A DNA stretch of 58,772 nt, the filler included, from Squatina squatina (lineage: Eukaryota): NCBI GenBank assembly GCA_031763465.1. It is 3 parts of 3 records of this genome, joined end to end, with 100 filler letters (N's around TTAATTAATTAA, not from the genome) between each part and the next. Parts side by side here need not be neighbours in the genome. Positions count along the whole stretch, not along the records: positions 41,958 to 58,772 come from JARFOE010000115.1; 2 more parts are not named here. One strand, written 5' to 3'. Under the pieces are notes generated by a model, which did not search any database, was not told the DNA's origin, and worked only from the letters and a program-made list of their open reading frames with translations. This document shows positions 51,501 through 58,772 of the stretch, piece by piece. The translations under genes were made by a program, and so were the position numbers. The stretch's first letter is position 1; each line of letters begins with the position of its first letter.

Positions 51501-51841
51501 CTTTGGCGGCCTTACTATACATATAAGCCAAAAAAGAGATCCAAAGGGTTTCATAAACTGAGGAAATCTAGATGGAAAAAAAAGGGTGGACATAAGATCC
51601 CTAGCCATTCAGTTCCAATTTCTGATACCAGAGAAGAACAGGATTTTGACATCCCAGAAGGAATTGCTTTAAATAAGGAAATCAATGATGGATGCCAAGA
51701 GTTTAACTGTACACTCGGTGATAAAATACAATCTACTGAAGCAGAAATGGAAAGACATCTAAAATGGCACTCGGCTGCAAAGCCTTATTCATGTACTATT
51801 TGCACAAAATTATTTCCAAACTCTTCTACGTTGAAGATGCA
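48519..51841 (+). CDS. zbtb38: Zinc finger and BTB domain protein 38 (CIBZ), main coding exon, 3' end lost in gap
   Basis: BTB domain ([29 protein letters not shown]); [11 protein letters not shown]; AEHSYAV; Kaiso-type triple finger [57 protein letters not shown]; KLYRLLPMK; [12 protein letters not shown]; [14 protein letters not shown]; first C-terminal finger to STLKM. Acceptor TTTTCTTTCCAG abuts the ATG. Confidence 0.96.
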
Positions 51842-52074
51842 NNNNNNNNNNNNNNNNNNNNNNNNNNNNNNNNNNNNNNNNNNNNNNNNNNNNNNNNNNN
51901 NNNNNNNNNNNNNNNNNNNNNNNNNNNNNNNNNNNNNNNNNAGGGGGAGGGGAGTTAAAATCTACCGCAATAACTTCTTGCTGATAGCTCCGGATCTGCT
52001 GAATTTATTGTCAGTGGCCATGAGGCTTAATCAGTTGCAGCAAAAATGGGCTTAGTCAAGTGGACTTCTTCTGC

Positions 52075-52418
52075 ACTCAAGGCGTTTAAAATCATTAAAG
52101 GGTAGGTACAGAGGAACTATTTCCTCTGGTTGGGGAATTCAGAACAAGTAGATTTAATCTTAAAATTAGAATGAGGACAGTTAGGATTGAAATTGGGAAG
52201 AACTTTTCACAAGGGGAGTGGAAATGTGGAACTTTCTTTCCCTAAAAGGCTGTGGATGCTCCTAATTGAAATTTCAAGACTGCAATTTTTGTTCGGTAAG
52301 GGTATCAAAGGATATGGAGAATATATGGATCACTGGAGTTGAGATACAAACCAGCCATAATCTAAATGAAAGTCGGAACAGGCTCGAGTGGCTGAAACAG
52401 CCTGCTCCTGTTTTTATG
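52075..52418 (+). mobile_element. CR1 LINE 3' end
   Basis: GGCGTTTAAAATCATTAAAGG...CTATTTCCTCTGG...CAGGCTCGAGTGGCTGAA...CCTGCTCCTG. Confidence 0.8.
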
Positions 52419-53019
52419 CATTGCTGAAACATAATAATTTCTCTAGAGGTGCCTGGTATGAGCTGCCATGGATGCTGTTTCTTCTGTGGTAATTGTGAGA
52501 GTGACTCCACGCTGCTCTCCAGATCACAACATAGCTCTATTGAAATTCTGTTAATGGACCTGACTCTCTCTTCAATTTAACCATCCAAGAAAAATCTTTG
52601 TTATTGGAAAAAGCTGTATAAAATCTGGGCTGCCCAAGAATCCTGTGTTGCTTAGTACTGGCACATGCTATGGTGGAGGCTATGTAAATCTATTTCCTGG
52701 AAAAAAAAATAGCTGAATTATCAAGATTGTTAGTTAGTAATACCACCGAAGAAGATGTGCTTTTTTTCCCCCTCACCTTTCAATTTAAGTGCTACTTTGG
52801 TTTTATTCCAAGACTATTTTTGAGGTCACCTTGTTGGGTGATGGTTGGGGGCCTGGGGGGTGGTGAGGCCAAGTCTTTTCCCCCTTGTGTTTCTATTCAG
52901 TCTCTTCTAGTTGCCAGGAATTTAAGATCACATGCTTCACTTCAGTTATTCTTGGGGAATGTTGCAGTCCTTGTATCCAAGCTGTCTTGTAAGTTAGGAG
53001 TGTGAAGTAATTCATTTTG

Positions 53020-53671
53020 GTTGGAAGAATGAGGAGATGCAATATGAACTAAATGGCACAATTTTAAAGGGAGTGCAGAAATAGAGACCTGGGGGTGTAC
53101 GTATACAAATCTTTGGAGATGGCAGGACAAGTTGAGAAAGCTTTTAAAGAAGCTTAAGGAATCCTTGGCTTTATAAATGGAGGCATAGAGTGCAAAAGCA
53201 AGAAACTTATGCTGAACCTTTGGAAAACACTGGTAAGGCCCAGTTGGAGTATTATGGCCAAATCTGCACAGCAGATTTTAGGAACAATATCGAGGCCTGG
53301 GAGAAGATACAGAGGAGGTTTACCAGAATGGTAGCGCGGATGAGGGATGTTGAGACTGGAGAAGCTGGCATTGTTCTCCTTTAGAGCAGAGAATGTTAAG
53401 GAAAGATTTGATAGAGTGAACACCTCTTTCATAGTTTTAAATAAGTAGAAACTGTTTCCAGTGGCAGAAGGATCAGTAACCAGAGGACACAGATTTGAGG
53501 TAATTGACAAAAAAAAAACCCAGAGGCGACATGGAGTTTTTTTTATGCAGCATGTTGTTGTGATCTGAAATGCACGGCCTGAAGGGGTGGAGGAAGCAGA
53601 GTCAATAACTTTCAAAAGGAATTGGATAAATACTCGAAGGGGGAAAACATTGCATGGCTACGGCAAAAGAG
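53020..53671 (+). mobile_element. CR1 RT 3' fragment
   Basis: RDLGVYV, ILGFINGGIECKSK, EKIQRRFTRMV, EGVEEAESITFK across frameshifts. Confidence 0.85.
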
Positions 53672-54479
53672 NNNNNNNNNNNNNNNNNNNNNNNNNNNNN
53701 NNNNNNNNNNNNNNNNNNNNNNNNNNNNNNNNNNNNNNNNNNNNNNNNNNNNNNNNNNNNNNNNNNNNNNNTAAGTTCAGCAGTGTACATTTGTACTGAG
53801 AGTATGGTGAGCACTACACAGGTCAGGGTGCAAGGTGATTTGCAACTTGTCATGTATTCATGTTTGACCTGTTCTCTTCTACCTCCAGGGGAGTGAAGAA
53901 AAATCAAATCCATGCACCTGCTAGGCAAAACTCCTGTCCACCAAAATTCATCTTCCTGTTGGCAGGTGTCCAGATAGTTTTCATTTCATCCAGTGTGTTC
54001 TGCTTAGTTCCCCCAACTACTGACATTTAAATGTGAGTTTATCCACCCAGCTTTCTGGCTTCTGCTGATCAATCAGCAGAGAGTCTGGACTCCATTTTTG
54101 AGGAATTTTCAATGTTGTGGCTATACAGCAATAGCCCAGGAGTGATTTGTACGGCACTAGAGAACTGTCTAACTGAGTGCTGGATTATTTATGGCTTTAG
54201 GATAAGGAGGAGGCCATTTAGCCCCTTGCCTGTTCTGCCATTCAGTGAGACATGGCTGATCAGTGGCCAAACTCCATATATCTGCCTACTCCTAGACTCG
54301 CTGTCTGCTGAAAAATAGTTTCTGTGCCTACCATATCTGTTACACAAATTATCTTAAATTTTGATCAAATTGCCCATAAGTATCTAAATTCCTGGAAATT
54401 CAACCCTAGTTTGTGTAATGTCTCCTTTTAATTTAACTTTTGGGAGTCCAGGTATCATTCTAATCATTGGGAGTAAAAT

Positions 54480-55240
54480 TTTGAAGGTTGCAGATGATAC
54501 AAAACTTGGCAATATAGTAAATAGTGAGCTGGAAAGTAGTGTACTTCAGAAGGACATAGGCTAGTGAAATGGACAGACATGTGGCAGGTGCAATTTAATG
54601 TGGATAAGTGTGAAGTGATGCTCTTTGGAAGAAACAACTTGGAGAGGCAGTATAATTTAAATGGGACTATTGTGTGCAAGAGCAGAGGGACCTGGGGATA
54701 CATATTCACACATCTTTGTAGGTCACAGGGAAAGTTAAGGTGGTTGAGAGCGTATGGGATTCTAGGGACATCGAATACAAAAACAAGGAAGATTAAACTT
54801 GGGCCACTGCTGAAGTTTTGTCCAATTCTGGGCACCACACTTTGGGAAGGATGTCCTAGCATTGTGGAGGGTGCAGAGGAAGCTTATTAGGATGAGGGAC
54901 TTCAGTTATATGGAGACATTGAAGAAACTGGAATTCTGCTTGGAACAGGGAGGCTTAGGGGAGACCTAATTGAGGGGTTTTGATTCAGCAAGTAGAAAGA
55001 ACCTATTCTCAAGTGGATCAGTAACCAGAGGTCATAGATTTAAATTGATTGGTGCAAGGACTGGAGGTTTTAGGTTTTGANNNNNNNNNNCTGTAATGAG
55101 TGAAATCTGATTCCATAAGAACTTTCATGAAAAGCAATTGAACATGTACTAAATGGGCTAATTTTGAGTTATGGGGGAAAAAGCTGGTTTGTGGGATTAA
55201 TCAGGCATGATGGCCTCCTTTGAGCTGTAAGATTCTATAA
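54480..55240 (+). mobile_element. CR1 RT 3' fragment
   Basis: ADDTKL, KWTDMWQVQFNVDKCEVMLFGR, and the tail GATGGCCTCCTTTGAGCTGTAAGATTCTAT. Confidence 0.85.
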
Positions 55241-55879
55241 GTTTAGATTGCAGTGGAGGAGTGATGCAAGTAGTACAGCCCTAAGGAACACTGCTGCTCT
55301 GGCTGATTGACAGGACCTTCTGACTGCAGTCCAGGCTCCAAATTGTCTGCTACTTTGTCACAAACCTGCCTGGTGCATGCATTCACTAAACATTTTCCTG
55401 TACAAATGGCCTACTACTTTCTCTGTTCTCTCCTTGGATGGGGGGGGAGGGCCCCCAAAGGAGGAGGTTATTTGCATTCATACTGATGCAGCTACTGGTT
55501 ATGAAATGAAAACTGGTGTTCCAAACTTAATTGAATCGAATCTGGTTTAACTGATTGAGGAAACATGCGGTGTTGGCTCTGTTCAAGTTGCTGGAACAGC
55601 CCTCCTTATTCTGACAGCAATTAATCATCCCATTTTATGGGCCTGTGATGTTGTCCATTCCTGGAATCTGATTGACTGCATTAGCAATGATTTGTGTTTA
55701 AATGCCCAGACACTGACCATAAAGGTACAAGTAAGGTAGCAGTTAACAGCACATTACTGCAGACAGACTACCCATGAGCAGTCGGTGATCCATTGGTATT
55801 TTGAAAATGCTGACTTACCAGGCTTCAGGAGAGATTTACATGACTAAACCATCAGTCACATAATTACTGTGGCAAAGAA

Positions 55880-56035
55880 TTGGATGTTCTGTGACTCGCC
55901 ACCTAATTTTCCAAAACCTTCCTACAAGGCACAAGTCAGGAGTGATGGCATACTTGTCATGTACCTGGATGAGTGCAGCTCCAACAAGACCAGATGAACA
56001 CCCCTAGGACACAGCAGCCTGCTTGATTGGCAGGC
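55880..56035 (+). mobile_element. Non-LTR RT fragment
   Basis: YKAQVRS / WMSAAPT / AACLIG motifs. Confidence 0.65.
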
Positions 56036-56779
56036 AGCAGTGCTTTAATGAAAAGGCTACCTTTCTTTGCTGGTCTTGTTAACCTTCCTTATCCATCAGG
56101 AAATTAGTGGCAACCAGAAGCAAAGCTGCATATTTTCTGGTTGTGGAGTCTGTCCTGTAGTGTATATGCAGCTTCTTTTGCACCGGAACAGTTTGCTGTA
56201 GTAGAATTGCCTTTTAAAACACACATGTCAATGGTTCTGTCCCTGATATTTAAATTGGTACAATTCCTGTTATCTACTGTGCCCAATTCTGATTTCCCCC
56301 CCCCCTGTTTCCTGGCAAAAAAGGAGTAAACAAAAATGAAATTACTGGTCTTGCTGCAGCAGATTTCAATGCCCTTGTTTGAGGTCAGCAACATTACATT
56401 TTATAATGCCCAACATCTGTTTCTGCTCAAATGAGGATTCAACTGCTGTTTGAACTCTAACATAATGTTCATGTTCCTCTGTTCTCCCTAGGGTTCCTAA
56501 TTTTCTTTAATGTTCAATACATTCACTCTCCACTCCCAAGTGCTCACTTAGTTCAGTTAATTTTTTTCTGCTAAATTAGGAAGTTTAAATTAACTTTAGG
56601 AGGATTTTTTGCTTGCAGTTCTAATCACATGCTTCAGAGCTACTTTACTCTGCAGGGGGTGGAAAACCTACCTTTTCCTAGTCTTGCTAGTGATGAAACC
56701 AGTGAGTGAACTCTGGTGTCAATTGAGTAATCCAAGCGACAACCCCATAGTTATGAAACTAAAATAATTAACTGATGAA

Positions 56780-58772
56780 TCTGGGTTTGTAGAAAGCTGG
56801 ATTTGGGTTCCTTGCCTTGCAGGGGAAATAATACATTGTGTGCCAAGTTGTATGGACTGTTGGTTGTGAATGAGATCTGCCATTGGCATATTCCACATCT
56901 GTCTAATGGGGTGGAAGTATATTGGGTTGGGGCTGAAAAGACTGTTGAAATTTTGAGGATAGATCTGCCAGACAGGGTATATTAACAAAGCTATGCCATC
57001 TGACCTTGAACAGGCACATCTGCAGCAGGTCAATCCTGTGAGTTGACATGGAGATTGGTTCTGAAGACCATGGGAGATCTATAGATCCCCAAAGGTTTGA
57101 TGAATGTACTTTGGGGAAGTGATGTCACATCTGCAGACTAACTTATGGCCATTTCCTCCTGTGACCATTCTGTTGCTACCAACAGTAGCTTTTTCACTGG
57201 GAGGAAGTGTAAAGCAAAGAACAAGAATGCTTTCAACTTTTTTTGGTTATTCCCTCCACCACCTTCAAACCTCCCCCCCCAAAAAAAAAATCTCATGGGC
57301 ATCAGTTGCCTGAAGGACAACTGCATATTAAATATTTGTGGATGAGGTACTGAATAAACATGGCAATGGCTTTCCTGCAAATGGACTGATCTGAAATTGT
57401 ATGTCTTTTTCATTGACTGGAGTAAAAGTTGTTTAATGGGTTCAGGTTGAAGCTTATTTAGCTGGGCTACTAGCTTCTATTTCTGAGGGGAATGACTCCT
57501 TTCTCTTGCTTTTAAAATGGTATTTGTGTTTATGCACTTCAGCAGAAACCATATGCGTTTGGCACAATTCATTTCTCTAAATTGTTTCAATGGAGTGTCT
57601 GGGTGGAGATCCTTGTTTATGGTGAGCTTTAAGCCTTTGAATAGCTTTTCCTGTAATTGGACTCCACTGGAGCTTTAGGGTAAAGTTTCAGTAAACACTC
57701 AAAGTCCATTGTCATGGCAACTCCTTTTGTGTGCTGAATGTGTTTATTGCCGTACCTAGATGAGGCAGATTTTTTAAAGAGCATATTAGGGTTTTGATTC
57801 TTGGAGTGACAATGGCACCTCTTAATTTAAAATTATTTAGTTAAAGCTGTCCCCATGATTCCCTTGGGATTGTGAAGGCAATCTACAGGTTTATTTCTGT
57901 AATTTGGAGAAGTGGCTACTTGGTAACTTCTGTTTTCTTAAGAACTATACTATTTTGCAGAGGTTATTACCTGTTTTCCAAAGTAAACTTGTAGAGCCTG
58001 CACCCCTATAACTTGCTTCTCCGTGCTGTCAGAATAAGGAATGCAGCTAGTGTATGCACAAGACTGGAACAATTCTGACTTGCCTCAGCAGTCATTGTTC
58101 TTGGATATTCTGGTGAGCAGTGTTGGTACAATCTCACTACACCACAAGAAATAGCTTATTCCAATAATTGGGTTAGACACGTCATCTGGACCCAACAGGT
58201 TTCTCTTGGGCCTATTTTGGCTGCTGTGACTTCCTTCTGTGGTAGATACTTTAATGGCTTCCAGAGATCCTTCCATTAGTAAATCATATAATGGAAAATG
58301 GAAGCAGTTTGTTGTCTGGTGCTCTTCCAGAAAACTGGGTCCATCATCGTGCAGAGCTCTCGGAATTCCATTTGGAGCAAGAAGTTATGATTCATTCTTT
58401 TATCGTCCTCCAGATAGTGAAATCTGTTTTCCAATTCTGATTTATGTGATGCCAAGAGGTTTTTGAGCTATTGTATTGATTGAACAAGAATGTTTCATTT
58501 TAAAGCTCAATTTATTGTCGTTTGGACCAGAAACATCTAGTACTACCATCACAAATATTGACCAAAGTCCTGTTTGAATGTATCCTACATCACAATTACC
58601 TAGCAGGTAGGATAATCCATTTGATAGCCCAACTGATCTGCCTTCTTATCATGCCCTCTAAACCCAACTTGTGTGAGAAATGTGATCAGTTGGCTCTTGA
58701 ATCCATTTATACTTTTTGCTTCAGTGGTCTTTCCTGGTAACTTATTCCACAAAACCTATTGGCTGACTGCAC
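56780..58772 (+). mobile_element. Highly decayed DIRS1-like tyrosine-recombinase retrotransposon
   Basis: VDTLMASRDPSISKSYNGKWKQFVVWC (58242-58322) resembles the DIRS recombinase N-terminus; KWTDLKLYVF (about 57380) resembles the W...LYAFPP motif. Boundaries uncertain. Confidence 0.5.

Noticed and set aside
48519-51841. Assignment as ZBTB33 (Kaiso) or ZBTB4
   Set aside because: The N-terminus, the two fingers before the Kaiso triplet, the length and the C-terminal blocks fit ZBTB38.
51942-52055. C-terminal 37 aa of the 1178-aa ORF
   Set aside because: It lies after a default 100-N gap, has no zinc-finger pattern and runs into CR1 sequence; this is read-through across Ns.

Overview
Vertebrate, AT-rich, repeat-rich DNA; the repeat families (Deu-domain SINEs, CR1, L2, Penelope, Harbinger) point to a cartilaginous fish (inference). 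The assembly is heavily fragmented, with dozens of N gaps and two artificial TTAATTAATTAA linkers. The one clear gene is zbtb38 (Kaiso-family BTB/zinc-finger methyl-CpG reader). Its large coding exon starts at 48519 directly after a splice acceptor and is cut by a gap at 51842, so the ORF-track tail to 52055 is not real. Upstream I find four short exon candidates with good splice sites (4065-4140, 14710-14757, 19886-19939, 31068-31139). Joined, they encode two overlapping exon-spanning uORFs (37 and 42 aa); skipping the third exon would give ZBTB38 an in-frame 55-aa N-terminal extension. A separate 39-codon in-frame exon candidate lies at 44644-44760. An intact, isolated 134-nt MGAT5B-type exon (39884-40017) sits on a small gap-bounded contig and is probably misplaced. 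The rest is decayed transposons. All identifications are by eye and from recollection of the families; no searches were run, and repeat boundaries are approximate.
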